Assembly (NCBI RefSeq): GCF_036321535.1
Contig: NC_087436.1
Location: 22,508,001 to 22,572,000, forward strand
Reading direction: 5' to 3'
DNA from: Camelus dromedarius
Lineage: Eukaryota
Length of the DNA stretch: 64,000 nucleotides
Within the stretch, counting starts at the first letter, position 1; the number at the start of each line of letters is the position of its first letter. The position numbers and the translations under genes were made by a program. Shown here one piece after another: positions 14,665 to 28,010 of this stretch. The notes under the pieces are model-generated. The model did not search any database. It saw only the letters and a program-made list of their open reading frames with translations, and had not been told where the DNA came from.

Positions 14665-14764
14665 TCTTTCTTTCTCTTTCTTTCTTTCCTTCCTTCCTTC
14701 CTTTCTCCTTCCTTCCTTCCTTTCTCCTTCCTTCCTTCCTTTCTCCTTCCTTCCTTCCTTTCTC

Positions 14765-14816
<52 letters not shown>

Positions 14817-14821
14817 TCCTC

Positions 14822-14905
<84 letters not shown>

Positions 14906-14982
14906 TCCTTCCTTCCTTCCTTCCTTCCTTCCATCCTTCCTTCATTTCCTTCCTTCCTTTCTCTGTCTCTTTCTTTCCTTCT
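14665..14982. repeat. Compound (TTTC)n/(TTCC)n polypyrimidine microsatellite
   Basis: Directly visible, ~320 bp. Confidence 0.98.
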
Positions 14983-15119
14983 AAAAAAAACATTTTTTTT
15001 TAAAGTGGGATCCAGAGAAAATCTAGAAATAGAGAAAGAACAGCACATTCTCTTAATGTATTTTCCTGACTTGGTTTTCCCCTTATTAGCTTGTAGTCAG
15101 CAACATTTAAAAGTATCTG

Positions 15120-15335
15120 GAGCTGTGCTGTCTAATACAGTAGCCATGAGCCATATGTGGCTATTTAAATACACAAGTAAAACTGAAATGAAATGAAACT
15201 AGAAATGCACATCCTCAGCTGAGCCAGCCACATTTCAAGTGCTCAGAAGCCACACGTGGTTAGTGGCTACCATACTGGACACAGCACACAGAGAACATTG
15301 TCATCGCTGCAGAAACTTCTTCTGGTCAGCCCTGA
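15120..15335. mobile_element. MER3-like hAT-Charlie MITE
   Basis: 'gctgtgctgtctaatacagtagcca...cacatttcaagtgctc...gtggctaccatactggaca'. Confidence 0.8.
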
Positions 15336-15339
15336 CCTA

Positions 15340-15570
15340 GGTATAGTACAGACTCTGGTTTCAGGCACATCTGGGTTAGATTCCAGCTTAGCCACTTACT
15401 AACAGTAAGGTTTAGGGAAAGTTAATTAATGTCTCAGAGCCTCAGTTTCTTCAACTGTAGCCTAGGGAAAATGATGATACCTACGTCCTGGGTTATTGTG
15501 AAGTTCAAGTGAGCTCATCCATGCAGACGACACAGGACACAGTGAGCATCTGAACATGCGACCCCTTAGT
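15340..15570 (+). mobile_element. MIR SINE
   Basis: 'gccacttactaacagt...ctcagagcctcagtttcttcaactgta'. Confidence 0.75.
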
Positions 15571-18500
15571 GATTATCCCCGCTGTGAACAGGACACCTCA
15601 CTATTAACAGTCATCTCATCCCTCAAACAGGCTCTTCCACCCTCAGGATTGGAAAGAGAAACATCCTCAGAAGCCATTAATGTCCTCAGAGTCTAGTTCC
15701 ATGGTATTACAGTGCCAGTTTACAATGAAGAAAGCTTGCACCAATTCCTTTTTCAGGGAAGTCTTGTTAGAAAAAAAGTGTTGGGTGAACTCAACATGTG
15801 TTGTCAGTGATGTGGTGAATTTACATTCTGGTGCAAGCTCTTTACTGGGTCAAATTCTGGGAACAAACATCTTCATACTTTGGATTGCAGTGGTCTAGAT
15901 GGGAACACATACCCCTTGACAGGACTTTAAAATTCTCATGAAGAAGAAATCTGTTCAACTTTTCCATGAATAGGGCAAAGTCTAGGACAGCAGAATTGAA
16001 GGGGAAGGGACAGCTGGCTCAGGTGAGGCTGTTACAGCTGATAAATCTGAGCCACGTTTTGAAGAACATAAAAATCATAATGAGGAGAGAGAGAAGCGGA
16101 GAAGAATGGCAAAGGAGTAACACTGAGAGAAAGGGAAGAGAAAAAAGGGAGAGACAACTTGTAGCTTGAGCTCTCCAAGAATAAAACAATATTTTCCTTT
16201 TATCTCATAGACTAAGACATCCCCTTGTTAACTTGAGGCTTCCCAAACGGAAAACCAGGTAGACCTGAATTTAGTAGCAGCCAGTTTTGGCCTTAGTCCT
16301 ACATGAAGTATTTTCATATAATCGGAATATTCAATATCTATAATTTTAAACTCTAAAAAAAAAAAGCTATTTTGGTGACCTTCTGACCCTTCAAATATTT
16401 GCAGTTAAAAATAAATGAGCCAAAAAGCAAAAAGTTCCTAAGAACCTGTTTAAAATGAATGTTCTTCTTTGGCATTCTTCAGGTAGTTGTATAAAAAGAT
16501 CTATACAAAAATCATTCTTCATCATAAAAATCAGCCAGTCATTACTAAGCAATTTTCCAGTACTGCCACTACAGATAATTGTTTAACTATTAAAGTGTAT
16601 GTTGTGATTTATAACAGTTGTAATGACACCGATCTCTACATGAATGCTCGGTGCTGCCGCGGAAGACATACCTCATCTGTTGCAGCATGAAACGCCATAT
16701 GACCGTTTACAATGATGCACACTTCTTACTACCTGCTGATAATAACCTATCAGTGGAAATGGCAGCTTAATTATGTACCACGTCTCCCGCTGGCAAATAA
16801 CTGGATTCAAACATTTCTATTGCTTCTCACTAATCCCTAACAGAAGCAAAAGAGGTGCGATTACCACAATCCTCAGAAATAGCACTTAACAATTAAGTGG
16901 AAAAAAGTGAAGGCAAAGCTGAGCTTGGATTAAATACAGATGCACTTTAGACCGACAACCCCTCAGCGCTCTGTCTCTAGTTTTGCTAGAGCTGGTTCTC
17001 ATTCTCCTAATGTTTTATTTTTCTTGCTGATTATATCTCTGGTGTTTCCCATTCCAAATATTTGGCTTTTTATGTAATAGATCAAACGACCTAGCCCAGC
17101 CTGGCAACACAATTGCATAACTGGGTCCAGTGCCCACACACGTGCCGGAGTGGTCCCAAACGTCTTATTTCTAAGACGCTGCTTGTTGGGCTCCTCCCTG
17201 ACAAGGAGACTAAACTCCTCAAGTCTACATAGCAAAACAGTAATGCTTACAATACTGCTAAGAGGCTGGCTGTCTCTATTAACAAAGTTTATTTAAAAAT
17301 TGGCAGAGTGCTTGCACTGGTGAGTTCTCGTGTGGTCCATGTGACTGCTGGCTTTGCTTGGTCTGGATGGTGGAACTTGTCTACACTTTCAGCATTGCTG
17401 GTCCGCTCCTCTCCACCAGAGCTGTGTGTAGTTACCTGGGACACAGCTAACAGAATGCCTGCCCCCAGATTAGGAGACTTAATCTGTTTTAGTTCTTTAC
17501 CTCCTCTTTCCTTGGTCTCATTAAGTAGTCTTATTTAAACAGTAGTTACTAAAACTACTATGAATAGACTGCCTTTGTTTATTCTTTCTAATCTTCGCTT
17601 TCCATTTTTCTCTGCTTTCTGCCACTTCTTCCATGGTCCTCAGCCTTTGTGCAAAGAAAACGGGCTGTACTGACATCATCAGTCAGTGTGCTTCATACCT
17701 GCTACTGGGCTCCATATTTGTTATGGTCTTTAGGATTTTGACCCTCTCTGCTGTGTGTCCTTATACAGGATGTCCAAGGTGGCTGCATTTTGAAGTTTAA
17801 AATGTCAGATTTCTTTTGAGGGCTTCTTTATTTATTTGTTTTCAGAAGGGGTCATGAAGAGGTAAATACAGGTGGCTGCTTCTTGAACCAGAACCATCCC
17901 TAAATAACAGAGGGTGAACTTAAATGATCGAATTACTCATCAGAAGATTCTTTAACAAGCATGGAATGAGAACCAAGCAGATGGGAAGTCTTGTAGAATA
18001 TCTCTGCAACACAGAAAATTATCTCCACTCAGTTACAGAACTGAGCCTTCTAAGCAACTAACATTAAATGTGTCACTACCATGGGCTGGGGCTACAAACG
18101 TTCATTTTTACAGAAATGAAATCTCTTTCTTTGGACTCATGTAAACAGTGGTGGTGTTGACCAACTAGACTCCATGCAGACTGCCATCTTTCCATCCTAT
18201 TCAGTATTAAAATGCTATGATTTCCAAAACTGTAGTTGATGTAATATTGAGACTGAAGGCTCCCTGATGAAAACTGGAGCCTCCCTAATCTCACCAAAAC
18301 CATGGAATGGGCTGGTGGCCCAGAGACTTGGGCCCTGGTCCCAGTCCTGTCTTTAGACAGCTATGTGACCAGAGCAAGGTAGTTCATGTCTCTTAAGCTC
18401 AGTGTCCTTAGCTTTAAAGTAGGGAGACTTGACTGGAAGGTGTCTAAAGTCCCTTCCAGTAAGTACATCCACTAAGATCACATATCTACTGTTTCTTGAA

Positions 18501-19149
18501 TAAATCAGTTGGGAGGAGGGAGAGCCATTCGTCTCAGGCAGCTCCTAGTTAGACAAGGAGCCAGCAAGGGCAGCTGGCTTCCTCTCTGGAAATCTGCTCT
18601 ATGGGTTCTGAAGAAATAAGGTGGTTCGTAGAATGCCAAGCCATGCTTAGGAAGTGATGCCAAATCTGTGAAAATCCCTTGGGAGGGAGAAGGAAATTGT
18701 ATGCCACTTTGGAAGCCTAGAACTGGACAGAATCAGGGGTCAGAAGTGGAGGACAAGAAGAGTAGGAAGGTTCTAGTTGCTGCATCCTGTTCCCTCTCTC
18801 ATTGTCCCTGAAAGGCAGCATTGGGAGATGCTTCACTTGACTGATACTTGGTGGGCCTGTTCATGGGGCCTTCAGAAAAACGGGCAGCACAATTGCATAA
18901 CTGGGTCCAAGTAAAGGTTTTTCCCATCACTACTACCAGAGGGTGGGGCACCAAAAGCAAGAGACTGGGAAGGATCCTTGAGGAACAAGGTATCGGAAGA
19001 GTGAAGAGTCGTGGAGTTGTTAAATCCAGAAGGCAACAGTAAAGGGTCTTTAACCTGAAGGATGCCCCAACCAACACATCTGGAGGGACGTAAGCTATGG
19101 CTTTGTCTCTTGGCTGACAATACTAGGCTGACGGTGCTCTCAATTTAAG

Positions 19150-20050
19150 AAAGAGATGCTTACAGGGAAGACTATATAGTGGAAACCCTTTAAAAGAGAG
19201 ACAAATACTGGAAAAATGCATGCCAGATGGGGAAAGCCTAGTGGAAGAGATAAGAATTTAAACAGGAACTAAAAAAACAAAAAACAAAACAAAACAAGCT
19301 TGTAGAACAGTGAGAAGGATCTTGGACACATGAATCAGGAGGAAGAAATTATAAAGAAATAATTGGGTATAAAATTTTTTAAAAAATAAGGAATAAGTAA
19401 GGAATTAAGTAAGTAGCTTGAATGCTAGAGTGAATACTGTTGGAGCGTGGAAGAATGAGCTACACAGTTAGATCAGCAGCATCGTGGGGAACGTTAGGGA
19501 AATAATATTTGGGGAAACTGAAGGAAGAGTCAAGTGACACGGAGGATGAAAGCAGAAACTGCAGCTTCTGCCCACATGCGGTCTGGGAGAAGAAAGGAAA
19601 TAAATGAGAAAACAAGCAAGATGTTTTTGAAACCTGTAAACCTAAGACCACAAAATAAAGAAGATAGTAGAGTGGCAAAGAAGATAAATTAAAAGCAAAC
19701 CCATACGCAAAGTCAGGCATATTTTAGTGGCACTGAAGAACATTCAAGCCTGGGAGGAACTTCAGAAATATTCATTAGCGTGAAAGCAAAGGTCAGACTG
19801 ACATCAGGCTTCTCCAAAGAAACAACAGATCCAAGAAGATAATGGAGTAGAGACCCCACGATGTGGAAGAAAAATAACCTTGTACCGAGAATTAAATATC
19901 CAGAGAAACCATTATTTGAATGCATAGACCAAATTAATAAATACATAAGCATATGAGATCTCAGAAAAATTCACCCTTCATTGACCCTGTTTAACATAAT
20001 TTGGGGAGGAAGCAAAAAGATATAGGAAACAAAGATAAATAAAGAACTCA
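19150..20050 (+). mobile_element. Ancient L1/HAL1 ORF1 remnant
   Basis: 'gtcagactgacatcaggcttctccaaagaaacaacagatccaagaagataatggag...gaattaaatatccagagaaaccatt'. Confidence 0.7.
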
Positions 20051-20669
20051 GAGTCGACTACTGTTTAAATAAGCAAAACATATAAAGCACTTAAAATGCT
20101 GCTTGGCACATAGTAAGAACTCAAGTGAAAATGAGATGTTATTATTATCTTTGCCTTCAATACTCTGCTAGATAGTTGTACTGATAGTGACATCATTTCC
20201 CAAAACTTAAGAAAATTGCTTTTTAAAGTTCTGTATTAAGTATGATGTTTACTTTTTAGTATGGATCGTTGATTCTTTCACTCACTCGTTAGTGTATTTA
20301 TTTGGAAGATCCTGTCTAATCTTACCAAGCTCTTATCTAAGATAATAACTCTTCCTGAATCCCTTAGGATTATATTGATAGATTTTCTAATATTGGACCA
20401 TCCATACAATCCTCAAGTAAGCCCTATGTGACTGTGGTAAGAGCATCTTCTTGCTGTGTTGAGTGTTTACTGTTGTGTTATGTTAGTTAACATTTTATTT
20501 AATGTTGAAAAATGCTGCTGACTTTTTGTTGCTCTTCTGCCTGACAATCTTGCTGAACTCGCTTACTATTTTAGTAGTTTGCTAATTTTCATGGCTTTCA
20601 CTTATAAACAATGATAATTTGATCCCCTCCATTTTCATCTTCATGCCTCCTATTAGTTTTTCCAGGGAG

Positions 20670-20860
20670 GGAAGGCTCTGGAGAGAGACCTGGATTCGAA
20701 CTCCAATTCCAACACACTGTGGAGTCTGGCCAAGTCACCTTCAACGCCTGGTGTTTCAGTTTCATCACCTGAAAAGTGGTGAGGAAATCACCTCATGCAG
20801 CTTGGGACAATTACCAAAGTGAAGGTGCTTGGCATATGGCAGAAAATAAATGCTAACTAT
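20670..20860 (+). mobile_element. MIR SINE
   Basis: 'gacctggattcgaactcc...ggccaagtcaccttc...gtttcagtttcatcacctgaaaagtgg'. Confidence 0.7.
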
Positions 20861-20879
20861 AGTCTTCTTTCTTTTTACC

Positions 20880-21217
20880 ACCTGGATTGGTTGAAGGACA
20901 ACCCCTTCCCCCTACCCCACCTCAGCCCCCTGGATATCAGAATCCAAGGATGCTCTAGTCCCTTATATAAGACGGCATAGTATTTGCATATAACCTACAC
21001 ATATCCTACTGTATACTTTGAACCAACTCTAGATTATTTACAATACTTAACACATTGTAAATGCTATGTAAATACAATGTAAATATTACCTAAATAGTTG
21101 CCTTGCAAGGTGAGCAGCAAATTCAAGTTTTGCTCTCTAAAAGTTTCTGGAATTTGTTTTTCCTGAATGTTTTCGATCTCCCCTTGGTGGAACCTGCAGA
21201 TATGGAGGTCCAATTGT
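20880..21217 (+). mobile_element. MER2 (Tigger family) DNA transposon
   Basis: 'aatccaaggatgctctagtcccttatataa...gtatttgcatataacctacaca...ggaacctgcagatatggagg'. Confidence 0.85.
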
Positions 21218-22819
21218 CCTGAAATATGTACTAAATGAAACTAGGAATGAGAGAGGCCTAGCCCAACCTTGGAGGTCTAAGGGAACAATTCCCAGAGGAA
21301 ATAGTATCAGAATGCGGTGTCTGGCCCAGGTAAGTGAGTTAGGAAAAACAGGAGAGGAAGAGACACTGGATGAAACAGTGAACTGCCAATGAGGGAGGGG
21401 CACGTTCACACGTTGAGCAATGAAAGAAAGCCTGGTCTGTTCAGAGATCAGACAGTAGTGCACTGGGTAACTCAGCTCTTCATAGATGAACATTAACTGC
21501 TCCACTGGGTAATAAGTCCTAAAAGGAATCATGCTTGGTTCATCTTTTTATCCCTCTCAGCACTTGGCAGAGAGCCATGCACAGAAAAGTTACTGAATAA
21601 ATCATACATATCTGCTATTGTTTCCGAGAGCTTCTGGTCCATTATTACCCTGCCTGATTCAAAACCATAGCCTAGAAGCCAATGCCGTGTGAGCTGCAGA
21701 GGCTGAGTAACACACTTCGAATTAACAGAGGTCAAATTTTAGAGGAGAAATACCTCATATCAAAACAAATAAGCCATCATAAAACCACATGTCCAAAGTT
21801 TTAGAAGTCCTTCACAAAACAATGAGAATGAAGATCTTGCTATCGAGGAGTCAAAAGATACGAAATAATACATTTTTCTTTAATTTGACATTTGGGATTA
21901 CTGCAGATATTTAAGTGACAGAATAATGTTGTTATGCCTGCACATTTGTTCTCTTGGATTCTCAGGAAAAGAGCTACCAAATAAATTCAATATTAATAAT
22001 ACTACTATTTCTTACAAAATTTCTCTAATCTTCTTTGTACAATTGAATTTGTTTTCCAAGATAGTTGGCAAATATTGCAGAATTAAGGAAATGAAAGAAT
22101 TTTTATGTGAAGGAATTTAGAGACTAGGGTGTGGCTTGCTTCTCATTCCTTTCATTTATTGAAGCATTTACTTTGCAATTTATATAATTTATCCTGTCAA
22201 CTAATAAAACTGACACAAAATATTAAACATCCCTTTTTTTTCAGTTCCAAAAAAATCATTCTAATTCAAAAAGCTCATCTGTGTCATCCTACATATGAAT
22301 ATAAGGATTCCATTGGCAGCCTAGCCCAAAATGGGCCTTCAGGAAATTTTCTACTTCCTGTCCTGACCCTAACAATAAAGAAAATGCTGGCAGATTCTAA
22401 TAGCTATGTGATCATGAGTGATTTATTTCCAGTCAAATCTAGTCAAACTCCTGTTCTCAGAACCTTATGTTACTTGACAGCTCAGCAATGTGATAGGTTA
22501 CTGACAACAAAAATAACATAATTAAAGGTCTACTATGTACCAGGCAAGGTGGCAGGCACATAAGGATGTGGCGTTTCCCAGACTTCAGCCTTTCCAACTC
22601 CACCATCACAATTCGTGTCATCCTTTGTACCACCTTGGTCATTTACCCAAGGAGAGGAACAGCCTGAACACGAGTCAATACAGAATATACCGCAGATTCT
22701 TAGAGAAAGATCCATCAGTGGAGATGGCACAGAGGAGGGATACGGTCAGTATTTCCAGGTGGCCAGAGATGGGGTAAAGTTGGGGTTTTGCCAGGAGAAC
22801 TTCATAGAAAAGGTGACTC

Positions 22820-23155
22820 ACAGAGAGACCAGATGGGTGGTTGTCAGAGGTGAGGGGCAAAATACATGCAGAGGGTCAAAAGGTACAAACTTCTGGTTAT
22901 AATATAAATAAGTCATGAGGATGTAATGTACAGCATGGTGACTATGCTTAACAGTACTATGGTGAATATCTGAAAGTTGCTAAGAGAATAAATCTGAAAA
23001 TTTTTCATCATAAGAAAAAAATCATAACTATGTATGGTGACATGTTCACTAAACTTAGGGATGTGATCATTTTGCCATATATACAAATATCGAATCATAA
23101 TGCTGTACACTTGAAACTCATATAACGTTAGATGTCAATTATACCTCAATTTTTA
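22820..23155 (+). mobile_element. L1MA9-like 3' end
   Basis: 'ggtcaaaaggtacaaacttctggttataa...gatgtaatgtacagcatggtgactat...gtcaattatacctcaat'. Confidence 0.85.
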
Positions 23156-24074
23156 ATTGAGGAAAAGATGTGTGGGTAAGAATAGGCATATGAGGGACCT
23201 AGAATCCATCCTGAGAGGAGCAGACAGAGTGGCTATGACAGGCAAGAAAAGGGTAGAAGGTGTGAAAAGCTTAACACTCTCTTCTGAAGACCTAAAAACT
23301 GGCCAGCCCTTTCTTGAAGACACTGCCTGAACATCTCCTCTTTCAGGGTGCCTAACTCAGTAAAGTCCCTATCATCTTCTTATGTGACCCCAAACCTTCC
23401 ATATGTACATTTGCCTCCTGGGGAAATATTGTGAAAGTTGGCTTCAGTCAAAAATTCCTGACTATTAGCCCAGGAGCCAAAATCTCTTTTGCAAATAGCT
23501 CAGCTAGTCTTCAGTGTAGTACTTCTAATGGCTTATAGGGCATTTTTGGTTTTATGTTCTACTTTTATCTCAATCCTCACATTTCCACAACGAAGTGCAT
23601 GCTTTTCCCTGCCTCACCTCCATGTTTCTGCTACAACCCACATCAGTTCCTGCAACGTTAGCTTCTCCTGACTCCCAGGATTGAAATCTCAAAGCCACCA
23701 GGATGCTTCCTGCACTTTGTACCTCCAACTGGGCCAAAGCCAGTCAAGGGCTTAGAACGGTGCCTGGCCCACCCCAGGCACTCCAAATCATTCACTGCTG
23801 AGGGAAAGAAAGCAACACAATAAATAAAGAAATGTATAAATAAACTAGATCTTCCTGAAATAGCGCTTTTATTTCCCATTACTTTTAACATATCCTACTC
23901 TTTAGCATCCATTCAGCAAGTATTTATTGAGAGACTATCATTCACCAGGCACTGACAGGTGATGGGGATATAGCGATGAACAAAATAACAAAAACACATG
24001 CTCTCCTGTAGCTCGTGCACAAATGGGGAGAGATGGGAATTAACAAAGAAATAGGTGAATAAAACATATATAAG

Positions 24075-24755
24075 ACCATTGTCCCTTATCTGAAAAATCT
24101 TACATCAAAAAGTCTCTAAAAATTGAAAGTCTTTGTCTAATTTATTGAGTAACAAAACATGAACTGGCATAAGCCTATTTATAATCTGTATTTAATTTCA
24201 CTTTGGAGGAGGTACCTGAATAAGCTTACCATCTACCATAGCTGTCGTATGGGGTACAGCAAAGGCATTGTATCGCTCCATCAGTGTGCGCTGGGAGGGC
24301 GGCCGTAACAGAACATCACAGACAGGGTGGGTTACACAACAGAAAGTTATTTTCTCACCGTCTGGAGGCTGGAAGTGCAAGATAAAGGTGCTGGAAGGGT
24401 TGGTTTCCCTAAGGCCTGCCTTTCTGGCTAGAAGACAGCCATTGTCTTCACTACATCCACACATGGCCTTTCCCCTACATACGTTCACTCCTGGTGTCCC
24501 TTCCTTTACTTATAGAGATAGCAGTCCTACTGGACTAGGGCACCACCCTTACGACCTCATTTAATCTAAATTACCCCCTGAAAGCCTTGTCTCCAAATAC
24601 AGTCACATTAGGGGTTGGGCTTCAATATACAGATTTGATGAGGACAGGGAGAGACACAGCTCAGTCTATAACAATTACCTTTCTAAACACTGAAAGAAAT
24701 CTGAATTCTGAACACACCTGAACCCGAGTTTTGGATAGGGTAGTATAAACTTGGT
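24075..24755. mobile_element. Tigger4/MER46-like DNA transposon, split by an MLT1 LTR
   Basis: Termini 'ccattgtcccttatctgaaaa' and 'ttttggatagggtagtataaactt'. Confidence 0.6.
24280..24672 (-). mobile_element. MLT1 (B/C-like) MaLR LTR
   Basis: 'ttctcaccgtctggaggctggaagtgcaagataaagg...ccttgtctccaaatacagtcacatt...cagtctataaca'. Confidence 0.85.
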
Positions 24756-25179
24756 AGTATATCAGGCAGTTATGGGTACGGAGCAGAATTTGAGCAGAGA
24801 GGGCTGGTGGGAGTGTAACATGAAGTACACCAGTCAGGGAAAGCCTCACTGCAAGGGGGGCATCTGAGCCGAGCCCCCCACCAGGTAAGGGAGTGGGCCA
24901 TGTCTGAGAGAAGGGCATTCTAGGCAGGGGGAAGAGCAAGTTCAAAGACCCTGAGACAAGAACACAGCAGCACGGTTGAGGGCTAGAAAGGCTGTCGGTG
25001 CGACTGAAGCCCTGAGCTAAGGGAGGAGGAGGAGACCAGGTAATAGAGGTACAAATCACTGAGGCCTTACTGACCACTCTGATGGAATCTGGCTTTTACT
25101 GAAGTGAGATGAGAAGGCAATGGAGGATTTTGAATAAAGGTGTGGCATGAGCTGATTAATGTTTTAACAGGACCACAAC

Positions 25180-26680
25180 GTGTGACTGGTTATCGCCAAA
25201 GATGGTGGCCATCAATGTCTTCCTTCCACAAACAAGCATGACGTTCTACACAGCAAGTGGCTGAGTCTCTGTCCTCTCCCCTCGAATCTGACTTCCTCCT
25301 TTACAGAAGCTGGATACTATGTAAGAAACTTGACAACCCTGAGGCCACCATGTTGTGAGTAAGCCCAATGCAGCCATGTGGAAAAGCCAAGAATGAAGGA
25401 ACTCAGCCAACAGCCAGCACTAAGGCCCCATATAAATGACCCAATTTCTTGAACAAAATCTCAGATAGTCCTTGATCTTTGGAGTTATACCAGCTGGGAC
25501 CACACACATGCTGGAGTAGACACAAATCATTGCCACTGGGTCCTGTCCACATTTCTAACCTTGGAACTTTGAATAAATAAAAAGGACTCTTATTTTACAC
25601 TACTAAACTTGGGGGTAGTTTATTACATAGCAATTAATAACTGACACGTAAATTGACATGAAAGCAGGTGATGGGGAGACACCTGAGGAGTAAGTAGCAG
25701 GGACACTTTTAGTGAAGCTAGAAAGGCAGTGATGAAATTATTATTAGAGGCTGGAGGAAGGGGAACTCATGTAACATAGTGGCAGATGCTTGGCTACAAT
25801 AATATGGTAGAAAGAAAAGGTATCAAATGAACTTGTGGACCTGGCTAAGAAGATTTCTGAATTTGATACCTGGCTTCATTTCCCTGCCGAGGAGTAATTA
25901 CAGGAAGAGAAAACGGAACTAAAACGCTCAAGCCAAATTTAGAGGAAATCACTCAACCCGAATTTAGAGGAAATCATTTAGGTTGGAAAATAAAAATTGC
26001 CTCTCAAGGCAGCAAAAGATTCTCAAAGAAAGAAACAGTCTTAGGGCAAAGATCAAATCCAAAGTCTATTAGCACAACGTACTCACAGGTTAAAGATCAA
26101 ATCAGGTATGCAGCTGGAAAAAATTTAAGAGAGTACCTCTAGACCCTGTCAGTGAGACCAAAGTGTTTATAAAAATTTTAAGGGCTTTTCCCACAGCATT
26201 CTGACTCACAGCCAAAGTAAACTGGAGACTGCTTTAAGAATTTTCTGAGTATGTCTTTCCCAACGGAATGAACCTCAATGAAGTTTACAGGGAGTCTCCA
26301 AGGTTTATAAGAAGATTGTACAAAAAAAAAAAAGTACCCTCAGCTAAACAAAAAGACGGACACAAAATGTCTCTAGAACATTAACTCTCTGCGATCAGGG
26401 AGTGGCCTATGTAATGGCTAACAGGCTATTTCTAACGGGCTGTGATGGCTATTTCTTATGGAAAAGGAAGGCTCGAAGGAGGAACCTTTAACTTCACAGC
26501 CAGCCCAGCTGAGGTGTCAGACACACAAATGAAGAAATCTTTTCGAATGTTTCATTCCTGAGCAGCCTAGGAGGAGCCAACCAGCTGAATGTCGCCCAGA
26601 TTGTAGAATCATGACAAATAACAAATTACTGTCACTTAAGCCCCTGCATTCCAGAGTGTTTTCTGTCTGTCTGTTACATG
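25180..26680 (+). mobile_element. MLT1 (H/J-like) MaLR with internal sequence
   Basis: LTR 25180-~25645 ('ccaaagatggtggcca...tattacatagcaattaataactgacac'), MLT1-int-like segment, then a partial second LTR at ~26480-26680. Confidence 0.7.
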
Positions 26681-27976
26681 GTTTTATTTGTTTGTTTAAT
26701 GCAGGCAGGGCAGATCACTGGAAACAGATAATTAAAACCGTCTTGGTGGAGAGGGAGGGGAAGGGTAGCAACAGAGACACCAACTCTTGCCATTATGCCA
26801 TGAGACATGAGAGTGGTGGCCTGCACCCGGGTGGCAGTGGTGAAGGTGGTAAGAAAATCCGATTAAATGTGGGGTGTGAGAAAACTCCAAGACTGACTGA
26901 TTGATTATCCATGCAACTGAAAGAACGGATTTGCTCTCAGGTGGGATAAAGAAGGCAGTAGTGAGGGAAGTGGTCTGGGGGCTGAAGCCAGGAATCTGAT
27001 GAATACTAAATATCCGATCAGGGATGCTGAGTAGACTTGCGTATACGAGTCTGGAGATCAGAGGGAGGCCATGACTGAAGACACACATTTATGAAGTATC
27101 AGCGTTGGAAGGTACTGAAAGCCAGGAGACTGCAGGAAACGATCACCAAGGGAGTGAGCAAAGACAGAGAAAAGGCCAGGAACTGAGCCCTCAGACGCCT
27201 GCATTTAAAGGTTAGGGAAGTGCAGAACCAGAAAAAGAGACTGAACTAGGTGTTGATGAGGAAAAAAGGAAACTAAGGAGAGGGGGATGGCCAGGAAGGC
27301 AAATGAAGAACTCTCCAGTCCTGCTGACAAGGCATCAAGGAAGAGACCCAAGCATTAATTGCTGGATTTAACATGGGTTAAGAAATGAGACCACACCCCT
27401 GAATGACTGCGACGGATTTCTGGCTGGTTTCCTTGGCTCCAATATGTCTTTTCTTTTCTTTTCTTTTTTGTTTCTTCTTCCATAAATCCTAACCCAGACC
27501 AATTTTCCTAAAATAATGTTTTTATTATAATGTTCCAGCAATGAGTTTTGCTATATTACTTATGTTTCCTACCTGTTTTTGCATTCCTCTGCTCAGCTGT
27601 CAAACTGTTCAATGATTGTTGAAATCAGTGAGTACGGCCAACCCCCTGTTGGGTACCCAGGACATAAATTTAGAGACAGACACACAATAAGGTGAATTTA
27701 CAGGGAGAAAGGCTATTGTAGGGGGATGCAGACAGCACCAAATACACTTATATAAGGGAGAGAATAATTCTGCCTGGCCAGTAGAAGAGGGCAGCAGAAG
27801 TTAGAGAGGGTGGGCATTCCAAGCAGGACACTTGAAGGCTGACAAGGGAATCTAGCAAGTGTGTCTAGAGCACAGAGGAAGTGTGATTGGAAATAAGGCT
27901 ACAGAGGCTCTCCAAGCCTCACCAGAGCTGTCAGTGGGAAGCCTCTATAGCAGCCAGACACCCCTTTTTACTGCCC

Positions 27977-27978
<2 letters not shown>

Positions 27979-28008
<30 letters not shown>
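27979..28008. repeat. (AC)15 microsatellite
   Basis: Directly visible. Confidence 0.97.

Positions 28009-28010
<2 letters not shown>

Larger units (their letters stand above)
23905..27380 (-). mobile_element. L2 element interrupted by nested Tigger and MaLR insertions
   Basis: L2 3' end 'cattcagcaagtatttattgag' at ~23910; L2 body resumes at ~24770-25178 and ~26700-27380. Confidence 0.75.

Noticed and set aside
14566..15196. Long KERK/SFFL ORFs
   Set aside because: Produced by the stop-free (TTTC)/(TTCC) microsatellite
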